In this document: positions 37,920-45,951 of the stretch, one piece after another
Layout of the letters: the number at the start of each line of letters is the position of its first letter
How positions within the stretch are numbered: the stretch's first letter is position 1
The notes under the pieces: model-generated
Seen by the model: only the letters and a program-made list of their open reading frames with translations
Told to the model about the DNA's origin: nothing
Database searches by the model: none
Position numbers and translations under genes: made by a program
From: Clostridia bacterium
Lineage (GTDB): Bacteria > Bacillota > Clostridia > Oscillospirales > CAG-272
Direction: 5' to 3'
NCBI GenBank assembly: GCA_017507985.1
Contig: JAFVZV010000015.1
Location: 1-55,411, forward strand
Length of the DNA: 55,411 nt

Positions 37920-38762
37920 ATGATGAAGCTGATCGAAAATCAAACCTTTGACGTCGAGCGTGCGCTTTACGAGAGCGACGGCTTGACGGTAAAAAACTGT
38001 AACTTTGACGGTCCTGCCGATGGCGAGAGCGCCTTTAAGGAATGCCGCAACGTGCGCGTAGAGCAATGCTATTTTAATCTGCGCTACCCTTTCTGGCACG
38101 ATACGGGATTACATATTGCCGACGCTGAAATGACGCCGCTGTGCCGTGCTGCGCTGTGGTATTCACATGATATTGAAATTGTCAATACGAAATTACATGG
38201 AATAAAGGCTCTGCGCGAGTGCGCCGACGTGAGATTGACGAACTGCGATATTATCTCGACCGAGTTCGGCTGGTCGGTGCAAGGAATTGCCATGCAAAAC
38301 TGCCGCGCCGAGGGCGAGTATTTTATGATGCGCTCGACGGGCTTGCGCTTTGATGGTGTGACGCTCAAGGGCAAGTATTCCTTCCAGTACATTGAGGATG
38401 CGGAATTTGTTAACTGTAACTTTGACACCAAGGACGCCTTCTGGCATGCCAAACGGGTGGTTGTGCGGGACAGTGTGATCAAGGGCGAGTATCTGGCGTG
38501 GTACGCCGAGGACATCACTTTTGAGCATTGCCGTATCATCGGCACCCAGCCGCTGTGCTATTGCAAGAATCTGACGCTGATCGACTGCGAAATGATCGAC
38601 ACCGATCTGTCGTTTGAAAAGTCAAGCGTGCAGGCGACCTTGACCTCCCCGATTATCAGCATTAAAAATCCCCTATCGGGGCGCATCACCGTGCCTGCGG
38701 TTGGTGAGATCATCCGCGAGGACGAGCGATATCAGGCCGAGATCGTCGTGACGGGAGAATAA
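37920..38762 (+). CDS. DUF3737-like protein (beta-helix-repeat appearance)
   Basis: MMKLIENQTFDVERALYESDGLTVKNCNFDGPADGESAFKECRNV.. with repeated 'V/I.NC.F' units. Family name is from memory. Confidence 0.6.
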   Translation: MMKLIENQTFDVERALYESDGLTVKNCNFDGPADGESAFKECRNVRVEQCYFNLRYPFWHDTGLHIADAEMTPLCRAALWYSHDIEIVNTKLHGIKALRECADVRLTNCDIISTEFGWSVQGIAMQNCRAEGEYFMMRSTGLRFDGVTLKGKYSFQYIEDAEFVNCNFDTKDAFWHAKRVVVRDSVIKGEYLAWYAEDITFEHCRIIGTQPLCYCKNLTLIDCEMIDTDLSFEKSSVQATLTSPIISIKNPLSGRITVPAVGEIIREDERYQAEIVVTGE

Positions 38763-38841
38763 TAGAATAGAAAACGGGCATCGGACGCGGTTCGGTGCCC
38801 GTGTTTGCTATTGGATTTTCGCCGCTTCTCCGCTTTTTTTA

Positions 38842-38870
38842 TTGACCGCATGTCGGATTTATGATACAAT
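38842..38870 (+). promoter_or_regulatory. sigmaA-type promoter with extended -10
   Basis: TTGACC (38842-38847), 17 nt spacer ending in TGa, TACAAT (38865-38870). Confidence 0.7.
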
Positions 38871-38900
38871 GGAAAAAACAGCGATGCTGGGAGGAAGGAC

Positions 38901-40409
38901 ATGAAAAAATATTCGGATGAGAGTGCGGTGACTTGGGATGCTTGGTTTGTCAATCGTGACAATGCGACACATGCGTTTTATTTACAAAATGGTCCGTTGA
39001 CTCGGCAGGACGATCCCCGCGCGGGCTGGGCCATTGGGCATGCAGTAACAGAAAACGGCATGGATTGGACAGCGCTGCCAAGCGTGCTGCCGCCGCGATT
39101 GGATCCGGACGATCCGCAAGATTTTCACAGTAAATTCACCGGCTGTGCCGTGAACCATGACGACGTATGCTATCTGTTTTACACCATGCGTGACCGCGAG
39201 AGGGGAAATCAGCGCATCGGCGTGGCCATTTCCCACGACTGGGTGCAGTTTGAGCCCTGGGAAGGCAACCCTGTCATCGTCAATGAAACGCAACCGATTC
39301 CCGTCAGTGCGGGGGATGAGGGAACGCTCATTGGCTATGAGAATCTTTCCCAATACGATTGGAACATTGTGGATTGTCGTGATTTTATTGTGGTAAAGCA
39401 AGGCGAGGGCTACGTTGGCTACTGGGCGGCGGCTGCCGATCTTGGTGGCGAATGCCCCGTCGGCGTGATCGTGATGGCGAGAAGCCGTGACCTATTGCAT
39501 TGGGATGATCAGCGTATCGTATATTTCGTTGACCATCACGGGGTATTGGAGGTTCCCGACGTCTTTGAGATGGATGGGAAATGGGTGCTGACTTGCCTTT
39601 CGGGAATGAACTACAGCGGACGTGCCGTTACGGGAGATGCTTACGCCTCTAACGCGACGATTGTTGCTTATGCAGATACTTGCGACGGCCCATTTGAAGA
39701 GTTGATCGAGGACAATATTTTGATTGCGGGACCTGTGCACAGCGGCTTTACCTGTCGTAGCGTACTACGGAATGGGGCGCGCTACCTTTATTACATCGAT
39801 CGCGCGGCGGGGAAGAATGGCTTTTCTTTGCCCAAGGAGCTACACCTGATCGAGAGCAAGCTGCGCGCGACCTACTGCCGAGCGTTGGACGAACGTCTTG
39901 GCGAGCCGTTGCCGCTTTGTTTTGACAAAGAGCAAAACAGCTTTGCCTGGCGCACGTTTGGCGGTACGCATACGCTGGAGAACGGAACGCTCACGCTGAC
40001 GACAGCCCCCAAGGATTACCACTCGGTTTCAATGCCCATGCCGCAGGATATCGCGACCGAGGGAAGCGTGATGCTCCGAGCAAGGCTGCAGATAAGCGGA
40101 GAGGGTGGAGGTCTGTTTTTGAGAACGGCGAACTGTCCTTATCTCGTATTGCTTGAACCCACGCACGGGCGCGTGGCGCTTTGGCGGCTGTATTCGTTTG
40201 AGAACGTAGCGACGCGCTGTTATCCGTTGCGCGAGGGAGGCGTGTATGAGATTCGCTGCATTTTGATCGACGGCGTGATCGAGGTGTATATCGATGACGT
40301 GCTGCTCTTGCAGTGCGGCCTTCCAACCTACCCGCTGTCGCACGTCGGCTTTGCGGCAGACCGCGGCCGATTGGTTGCGGACCATATTGTGATCCAAGGG
40401 ATGAAATGA
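38901..40409 (+). CDS. GH32-clan-like (five-bladed beta-propeller) glycoside hydrolase with C-terminal beta-sandwich domain
   Basis: Motifs in GH32 order: TWDAWF (WMNDPNG position), CRDFIVV (RDP position), EVPDVFEMDGKW (ECPD position). RBS GGGAGGAAGGA. Confidence 0.5.
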   Translation: MKKYSDESAVTWDAWFVNRDNATHAFYLQNGPLTRQDDPRAGWAIGHAVTENGMDWTALPSVLPPRLDPDDPQDFHSKFTGCAVNHDDVCYLFYTMRDRERGNQRIGVAISHDWVQFEPWEGNPVIVNETQPIPVSAGDEGTLIGYENLSQYDWNIVDCRDFIVVKQGEGYVGYWAAAADLGGECPVGVIVMARSRDLLHWDDQRIVYFVDHHGVLEVPDVFEMDGKWVLTCLSGMNYSGRAVTGDAYASNATIVAYADTCDGPFEELIEDNILIAGPVHSGFTCRSVLRNGARYLYYIDRAAGKNGFSLPKELHLIESKLRATYCRALDERLGEPLPLCFDKEQNSFAWRTFGGTHTLENGTLTLTTAPKDYHSVSMPMPQDIATEGSVMLRARLQISGEGGGLFLRTANCPYLVLLEPTHGRVALWRLYSFENVATRCYPLREGGVYEIRCILIDGVIEVYIDDVLLLQCGLPTYPLSHVGFAADRGRLVADHIVIQGMK

Positions 40410-40423
40410 ACGTGACAATTTGA

Positions 40424-40456
40424 AAACGGACACCGAAGTTTCTATGTCCGTTTTTT
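40424..40456 (+). terminator. Rho-independent terminator
   Basis: aaacggaca (40424-40432) pairs with tgtccgttt (40445-40453), followed by a T-run. Confidence 0.8.
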
Positions 40457-40483
40457 GCAAAATGATAAAAAATATGCTATAAT
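40455..40483 (+). promoter_or_regulatory. sigmaA-type promoter with extended -10, upstream of second ECF sigma
   Basis: TTGCAA (40455-40460), 17 nt spacer ending in TGc, TATAAT (40478-40483). Confidence 0.7.
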
Positions 40484-40567
40484 TATTTTGACGGACGCGA
40501 CGTGAACACTCTTCTTCCGGTATATGTAGGTGAAGGGATCCTGAAAACAAGAGCAAGGAGGACGGCC

Positions 40568-41128
40568 ATGACAGACGAAATGATCGTAGAGCTCTACTGG
40601 CAGCGCGACGAGCGAGCAATCCATGAGACCGAGCTGACCTATGGCGGATACATCCGCTACGTTGCCTATGCCATCTTGCGCGACGAGCGCGACGCGGACG
40701 AGATTGCCAACGATACCTATCTTAAGGCCTGGAACAGCATACCGCCCCAGCGACCCCTGCCGCTCAAAGCATTTTTTGGGCGCATTGCCCGTCAGTTGTC
40801 GCTCAATCGCGCCGAATACAATACAGCAGAAAAGCGGGGAGGCTCGCAATATCCGTTGGCGCTGGATGAGCTACTCGAATGTATCGCGGACAAGGATGCC
40901 GCGCCCGACGCAGCCGAGCTGATTGCCCTGCGCGATGCGCTGAATGCATTTTTACGCACGCTCCCGTCGGATGCGCGGCGTATGTTCATCCGCAGATACT
41001 GGTATATGGATTCCATTGCCGATATTGCGTGGACCTTTGCCGCAAGCGAAAGCCGCGTCAAATCTACGCTGGCCCGCGCACGAGCCAAACTGCGCAAAAC
41101 ACTCGAGAAGGAGGGCTTTGACGTATGA
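40568..41128 (+). CDS. RNA polymerase sigma factor, ECF-like sigma-70 family
   Basis: ATG after AAGGAGGA. Region 2 (..YIRYVAYAILRDERDADEIANDTYLKAW) and region 4 (RRMFIRRYWYMDSIADIA..ESRVKSTLARARAKL). Confidence 0.8.
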   Translation: MTDEMIVELYWQRDERAIHETELTYGGYIRYVAYAILRDERDADEIANDTYLKAWNSIPPQRPLPLKAFFGRIARQLSLNRAEYNTAEKRGGSQYPLALDELLECIADKDAAPDAAELIALRDALNAFLRTLPSDARRMFIRRYWYMDSIADIAWTFAASESRVKSTLARARAKLRKTLEKEGFDV

Positions 41129-41991
41129 AAAATCGCGATATGATTGACGCTTTGAACGATATTGATTTTGATCTGATCGAGGACGCAGGGCGGGTGACGC
41201 GCAAGACGTCCATGCGCCGAAAAATTGCGCGATGGTCAAGTTTTGCGGCGTGTGTGTGCTTGGCTTTAGCGCTGATTCCCGTGCTGTTTAAGCCGTCATC
41301 GCCGCCGGAGGAGGGTACACCGCCTTCTTCGCCATATATGGAGAACCCACCGGTGCAGGACGCAACGCCTCCGCCGTATATGTATCCTTTTGGATATGAT
41401 ACGTTTGATGAATTCAAGAATGCTATCAGTGAGAAGAACGAGAAAACACTATATGCAGAACTTTTAGAGCAAGGGGCAGGGGATGGTCGAACAGATGTAT
41501 TCAAATCCTTTGTGAGAAAGTTCCGAGCGCAGCACATGATGATTCCTTGCATCGACGGTGAGACGGTGGAACTTAGTAACCGGGAAGGATTTTCGAACAT
41601 TTCGTTTTTCGCTTCTGAAGCATACAATTTACCCTGGATCTTTTACTATCCTTACGTATCTACCGGCGAAAATTTTTATATTAAGATAACGTATGTGCCG
41701 GATTATATTTTGGGGCAGATGGAAAACCCGACGGCATCGGAAGTCATAAGGGCACTGTCTCCCAATTCCCCCAACGTTGGCAACCTCGGTGAGCGGTATG
41801 AAAAGATTTATAATAAAACAATAAAGCTTTACGATCGTGAGGTTACGGCCATGGTATGCGAATACAAGGATGATCCGCGAAACAGTACCATCTTTATGTA
41901 CGGTGATTTGCTCGTGGAGGTCAAAGGCAAACCTGACGTATGGACGGCGCAGTGGTTTTCCTCGCTGTCGTTTGATAGCTTTTACCAATAG
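41125..41991 (+). CDS. membrane-anchored protein coupled to the ECF sigma (putative anti-sigma/partner)
   Basis: ATGA overlap with the sigma stop. Short cytoplasmic N-terminus, one TM (WSSFAACVCLALALIPVLF), Pro-rich linker, soluble domain. Confidence 0.55.
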   Translation: MKNRDMIDALNDIDFDLIEDAGRVTRKTSMRRKIARWSSFAACVCLALALIPVLFKPSSPPEEGTPPSSPYMENPPVQDATPPPYMYPFGYDTFDEFKNAISEKNEKTLYAELLEQGAGDGRTDVFKSFVRKFRAQHMMIPCIDGETVELSNREGFSNISFFASEAYNLPWIFYYPYVSTGENFYIKITYVPDYILGQMENPTASEVIRALSPNSPNVGNLGERYEKIYNKTIKLYDREVTAMVCEYKDDPRNSTIFMYGDLLVEVKGKPDVWTAQWFSSLSFDSFYQ

Positions 41992-42017
41992 TGAAGAAAT
42001 AAACCGGAGAAGTATAA

Positions 42018-42061
42018 ACAACCCAACCCTTTGCAAGTGTTGCAAGAGGTTGGGTTGTTTT
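42018..42061. terminator. long hairpin terminator
   Basis: aacaacccaacc (42018-42029) pairs with ggttgggttgtt (42049-42060), with an inner ttgcaa pairing, followed by TTTT. Confidence 0.75.
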
Positions 42062-42071
42062 CGGTACTGTG

Positions 42072-42142
42072 ATTCAATAATTCCCCCGCCAACAAGCAGC
42101 TCTCCGTCGTAGAACACGACGGACTGACCGCGGGCGATGGCG
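42072..42142 (-). pseudogene. orphan fragment: diverged copy of the last 23 codons of mnmA
   Basis: Gap-free alignment to 44459-44529 (63/71 identical by hand). Encodes AIARGQSVVFYDGELLVGGGIIE; the stop codon is changed to TCA. Confidence 0.75.
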
Positions 42143-42169
42143 TTTTTTGCAAAAATGCGTAAAACCCCC

Positions 42170-42224
42170 TTGACAAAACTGTCTATTCGTGATAGACTAT
42201 AGATGCAGTCTACTGGCGATAGAC
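42170..42224 (+). promoter_or_regulatory. blaI promoter with two dyad operators
   Basis: TTGACA (42170-42175), 17 nt spacer, TAGACT (42193-42198). Dyads GTCTAT-n5-ATAGAC (42181-42197) and GTCTAC-n5-ATAGAC (42208-42224). Confidence 0.65.
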
Positions 42225-42243
42225 AAAAAGGAGGGCATCTGAT

Positions 42244-42612
42244 ATGGAAGAAATGAGACTTGGCATGGTGGAGGCGCATTTTGCCGACATCGTGTGGGAG
42301 AACGCGCCGATGACGACCAAGGAGCTGGTGGCTCTTTGCGAGCGCGAGCTGAATTGGAAGCGCACCACCACCTATACGGTGCTCAAAAAGCTGTGCGAGC
42401 GGGGCATCTTTGCTACTGAAAACAGCATGGTGAGTGCTATTGTATCGCGCGAGGATTTTTACGCGATTCAAAGTGAGAAATTTGTGGAGGACACCTATGC
42501 GGGTTCATTGCCTGCCTTTATCGCTGCGTTTGCCACGCGCCGTCGTCCGAGTGAGCAAGAGCTACAAGAGATTCGCCGTCTGCTGGACGAATTCGGAACG
42601 AAAGGGGAGTAA
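42244..42612 (+). CDS. blaI: BlaI/MecI/CopY-family transcriptional repressor
   Basis: wHTH ..TTKELVALCERELNWKRTTTYTVLKKLCERGI.. with a C-terminal dimerisation helix. RBS AAAGGAGGG. Confidence 0.85.
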   Translation: MEEMRLGMVEAHFADIVWENAPMTTKELVALCERELNWKRTTTYTVLKKLCERGIFATENSMVSAIVSREDFYAIQSEKFVEDTYAGSLPAFIAAFATRRRPSEQELQEIRRLLDEFGTKGE

Positions 42613-42615
42613 ATC

Positions 42616-44403
42616 ATGGATGCTGTCTTTTTGAAGCTTTTGAACATGAGCCTGACCGCGAGCTGGATCGTTTTGGCGGTGCTCATTCTGCGCCTTTTGC
42701 TCAAACGTGCACCCAAGTGGATTAACTGTCTGCTTTGGGGCGTGGTCGGCTTGCGTTTGATCTTTCCGTTCTCCATCGAGAGCCTGTTCAGCCTAATCCC
42801 GAGCGCTGAACCGCTGCCGAGCGACCTGCCTATGACGCAGACGCCCGCCATTGACAGCGGCTTTGAGGTGATCGACCGGGTGGTCAATCCTATCATTTAC
42901 GATTCGTTCGCGCCCACGCCGACGAACAGCGCCAATCCGATGCAGATCGCCATCGCCGTTGCGGCCATCGTGTGGCTGTGCGGCCTTGTCGCAATGATTG
43001 TCTACGGCGTGATCTCTTATCTGCGCCTGCGCTTGCGAGTGAGAGCGTCCATTTGCCAAGACGGCAACGTGTATCTTTGCGACGATATCGACTCGCCGTT
43101 CATTCTCGGCGTGATCCGTCCTCGCATCTATCTGCCCTCGGGCATGACGCAGGAGCAGATGGGCTACGTTATCGGGCACGAGCGGGCGCATCTACGCCGC
43201 CTTGACCACGTCTGGAAGCCTGTCGGTTTTGTGTTGCTTTGCCTGCATTGGTTCAATCCGCTGTTGTGGGTGGCGTACGTTCTTCTTTGCCGCGACATTG
43301 AAAAGGCGTGCGACGAGAAGGTGATCCGTGACATGGACGACGAGAGCAAAAAGGGCTATTCCGAGACGCTGGTGGCCTGCAGTGTGCACCGCCGCGCGGT
43401 CATGGCCTGCCCACTTGCCTTTGGCGAGGTCGGGGTCAAGGATCGCATCAAATCCGTTCTGCATTACAAAAAGCCCGCCTTCTGGATCATCCTCGTGGCG
43501 GTCGTTGCGCTCGTCGTGACGGGCGTGTGCTTTTTGACGGATCCGATCAAAGAAGAAACGGAGCCAAAGTATATAACCAGCGGTGTAACTCCCGAGGGTG
43601 TAAATTGGTTTATAGGTGAAATTTTGGAGATCGGTGCGGATAACTTTTTAGTTGAGCCTTTCCAAGATGCGGTTGAACTGCAGAGTTCCGATCGAATTGC
43701 AGTATCTCGCGCGACGAGCAGTGATGAGGATGATCTCGTTTTCCCTTATTTGCGCGAGGGCGATTCCATATACGTCTACTACACGGGTGACATTGCCGAG
43801 TCCTATCCGGCGCAGATCAGCGACGTACAAATGATTGTGCCATTTTGGGGAAGAATCGTATCACCCAAAGGTGACTCTATTGTGTACGACATCGATAATG
43901 ATGGCAAAAAGGAAAACTGTATCTTCGGCTACGGGCCGGAGGATGACGGACGGTATATCGTGGGTATTCATGCTTGGAGTATGAGCGGAAATGTGATGGA
44001 GTATTCCACTTATTTTAGTACGCAGTATGTTAACACTGCTTTGATCGTACGTTCCGATGGCACTCTTTGGGTTGGCGGTGGAACGGCCGGCAATGGTGAC
44101 GATAGCAAAACGAAAGAGGTACCCCGACAGATCGTTATCACAAACGGCAAGATGCAGCTTGTCTTCCCGTATGCGTATCTTACCATCATGACGTACGACG
44201 AGGTGGTTGCCGAGCTTGGTGAGCCGTTGGGTGAGCCAACGAAAGAGCAGGGTCATCTTGATGGGAAGGCGTATGCGATCTATATGTATGAATTTCCTTT
44301 TAATGAGGAGTGGAACCTGCGCATAGACTTCAATGAAAGGAACATTGATGTTGGCGTAAAACGTCAATATGTATATCACTATTCGCTCACCCCCAAGGAT
44401 TAA
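42616..44403 (+). CDS. blaR1: BlaR1/MecR1-like M56 metalloprotease signal transducer with non-PBP C-terminal domain
   Basis: Four N-terminal TMs, HEXXH (GHERAHLRRLDH), a further TM, then a ~290-aa extracytoplasmic domain. Confidence 0.8.
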   Translation: MDAVFLKLLNMSLTASWIVLAVLILRLLLKRAPKWINCLLWGVVGLRLIFPFSIESLFSLIPSAEPLPSDLPMTQTPAIDSGFEVIDRVVNPIIYDSFAPTPTNSANPMQIAIAVAAIVWLCGLVAMIVYGVISYLRLRLRVRASICQDGNVYLCDDIDSPFILGVIRPRIYLPSGMTQEQMGYVIGHERAHLRRLDHVWKPVGFVLLCLHWFNPLLWVAYVLLCRDIEKACDEKVIRDMDDESKKGYSETLVACSVHRRAVMACPLAFGEVGVKDRIKSVLHYKKPAFWIILVAVVALVVTGVCFLTDPIKEETEPKYITSGVTPEGVNWFIGEILEIGADNFLVEPFQDAVELQSSDRIAVSRATSSDEDDLVFPYLREGDSIYVYYTGDIAESYPAQISDVQMIVPFWGRIVSPKGDSIVYDIDNDGKKENCIFGYGPEDDGRYIVGIHAWSMSGNVMEYSTYFSTQYVNTALIVRSDGTLWVGGGTAGNGDDSKTKEVPRQIVITNGKMQLVFPYAYLTIMTYDEVVAELGEPLGEPTKEQGHLDGKAYAIYMYEFPFNEEWNLRIDFNERNIDVGVKRQYVYHYSLTPKD

Positions 44404-44413
44404 ATAAAGCAAG

Positions 44414-44449
44414 CGTCCCCACTCGCAATTTTTTTGCGGGTGGGGACGT
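44414..44449. terminator. bidirectional hairpin terminator between blaR1 and mnmA
   Basis: cgtccccac (44414-44422) pairs with gtggggacg (44441-44449), with an inner cgca/tgcg pairing. T-rich flanks. Confidence 0.75.
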
Positions 44450-44456
44450 TGTTTAT

Positions 44457-45536
44457 TTATTCGATGATGCCTCCGCCAACGAGCAGGTCACCGTCGTAGA
44501 ACACGACGGACTGGCCGCGGGCGATGGCGCGCTGGGGCTCGTCAAACTCGACGCGGACGGTGTCGTCGCCTATTGGGTAGACGGTCGCAGGGGCGGCCTT
44601 GTGGGCGTAGCGGATCTTGGCCTCGACACGCATAGGAGCGGTCAGGGTGTCGAAGGGAATGAAATTAATCGACTTGGCCGTCAGGATTCGGTTGTAAAGC
44701 TGTTCGTCATCGCAGAGCACCACGTCGCCCGTGACTGCGTTTTTGTCACAGACGTACATGGGGCGGCCGAGGGCGATGCCAAGGCCTTTGCGCTGGCCGA
44801 TGGTGTAGTGCAGCATGCCGGGGTGGTCGCCGAGCACGTTGCCCTCGCGGTCAACGAACTTACCGGGAGCGGGAACGTGACCTGTGTAGCGGCGGATGAA
44901 ATCAGCGTAGTTGCCGTCGGGGAGGAAGCAGATGTCCTGCGAGTCCTTGCGGTTGGCGCTTGCAAAGCCGTAGGATGCGGCGATCTCGCGCACCTGCGCT
45001 TTGGTCAGCTCGCCCAGAGGAAAGCGAACACGGGCGAGAACGTCCTGCGTCAGCGACCACAGCATATAGGATTGATCCTTCTTTTCATCGATGGCGCAGC
45101 GGATGAGATAGCGGCCGTCCTGCTCGCAGATGCGAGCGTAGTGACCGGTTGCAGCATATTCAAGACCGTTTGCCTTGGCGAAGTCGATCAGCGCGCCGAA
45201 TTTAATGGTCTTATTACAAATGATGCAGGGATTGGGAGTGCCGCCATCGAGATAAGTGCGGATAAAATCGTCCACAACGCGATCACAAAATGTCTTTTCC
45301 AAGCGACAGACAAGATGGGGGATACCCAATCGTTCCGCTACGGCGCGAGCGTCGCGAATATCGGGGGTGATATCGTTGGTGGTATTGTTGGCCGGGGGAA
45401 ATGGCTCGCCATCGCAGAACAGGCGCATGGTGACGCCCGTGACGGCAAAGCCTTGTTGTTGCATCAGTAGAGCGGCCACAGCGCTATCAACGCCGCCACT
45501 CATGGCGATCATGGCGGTGGGGGAGGGATTTATCAT
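44457..45536 (-). CDS. mnmA: tRNA-specific 2-thiouridylase MnmA
   Basis: Start at internal ATG behind GAGG (359 aa). PP-loop SGGVDS near the N-terminus and conserved C-terminus RGQSVVFYDGDLLVGGGII. Confidence 0.9.
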   Translation of the reverse strand: MINPSPTAMIAMSGGVDSAVAALLMQQQGFAVTGVTMRLFCDGEPFPPANNTTNDITPDIRDARAVAERLGIPHLVCRLEKTFCDRVVDDFIRTYLDGGTPNPCIICNKTIKFGALIDFAKANGLEYAATGHYARICEQDGRYLIRCAIDEKKDQSYMLWSLTQDVLARVRFPLGELTKAQVREIAASYGFASANRKDSQDICFLPDGNYADFIRRYTGHVPAPGKFVDREGNVLGDHPGMLHYTIGQRKGLGIALGRPMYVCDKNAVTGDVVLCDDEQLYNRILTAKSINFIPFDTLTAPMRVEAKIRYAHKAAPATVYPIGDDTVRVEFDEPQRAIARGQSVVFYDGDLLVGGGIIE

Positions 45537-45603
45537 AAGATACCTCGTAATCATTGGGGATTTTATACAACTTCTTCTTTTGACGCGCATACAGCTTCGC
45601 GCT

Positions 45604-45896
45604 GCGCTGTTCGGTGTTTTTTGTTCATTCTTTGCCGCGCGGCAAAGAACGAACCAAGAAAACGCGCCAAAGGCTGCCGCCTTTGGAAACCGCTCCCGTG
45701 CCGCTCTGCAAAGAGGAAAAGGAGAAAGACATAAAAACTTATTCTGCATTGCTTGACGGAAAGCCACCACGAGCGGCAGATAGGGAAAGCAAGGAGTCTT
45801 GCGGGTTTCTTAAGGGCATTAGGCCCTTAAGTTCGCTTTCTTGGTTCGTTCTTTCTTGAACGAGAAAGAATGAACACAAAACAGCACACCGAGCGC
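45604..45896. repeat. ~290-bp imperfect palindrome (two inverted ~100-125-nt arms around a 64-nt centre)
   Basis: Core 40-mers 45622-45661 and 45837-45876 are inverted copies (12 + 18 nt identical around a divergent 10-mer). Each arm carries two local hairpins. Details are in the findings. Confidence 0.7.
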
Positions 45897-45951
45897 GCGC
45901 AGCTGTGCGAGGCTGTAGGAGAAGTCGCGGAAAATTCAGCTAAACTTTCTT

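Noticed and set aside
36807-38099. 430-aa minus-strand ORF spanning rsmD, coaD, the Cys4 mini-gene and the start of the DUF3737 gene.
   Set aside because: It runs antisense across four independently supported + strand genes and has no motifs or translation signals.
40410-44456. Calling the whole ECF-sigma-to-blaR1 stretch a genomic island or mobile element.
   Set aside because: There are no recombinase, tRNA or flanking repeats for the larger interval. Only the 42143-44458 segment is delimited by the mnmA 3'-end duplication, so only that part is proposed as an insertion.
45537-45770. 78-codon N-terminal extension of the mnmA ORF (437-aa version in the ORF track).
   Set aside because: The extension runs through the palindromic repeat and has no RBS. 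The internal ATG at 45536 has GAGG 7 nt upstream and places the PP-loop SGGVDS at the usual N-terminal position (359 aa).
45614-45859. 81-aa + strand ORF inside the palindrome.
   Set aside because: It has a GTG start without an RBS, and its sequence is simply the translation of the hairpin blocks. It is more economically explained as non-coding.
45537-45951. T-box or Cys/S-related leader upstream of mnmA.
   Set aside because: There is no specifier-loop/T-box (..GGUGGUACCGCG-like) sequence on the minus strand. The GGTGG string at ~45765 lacks the surrounding conserved bases.
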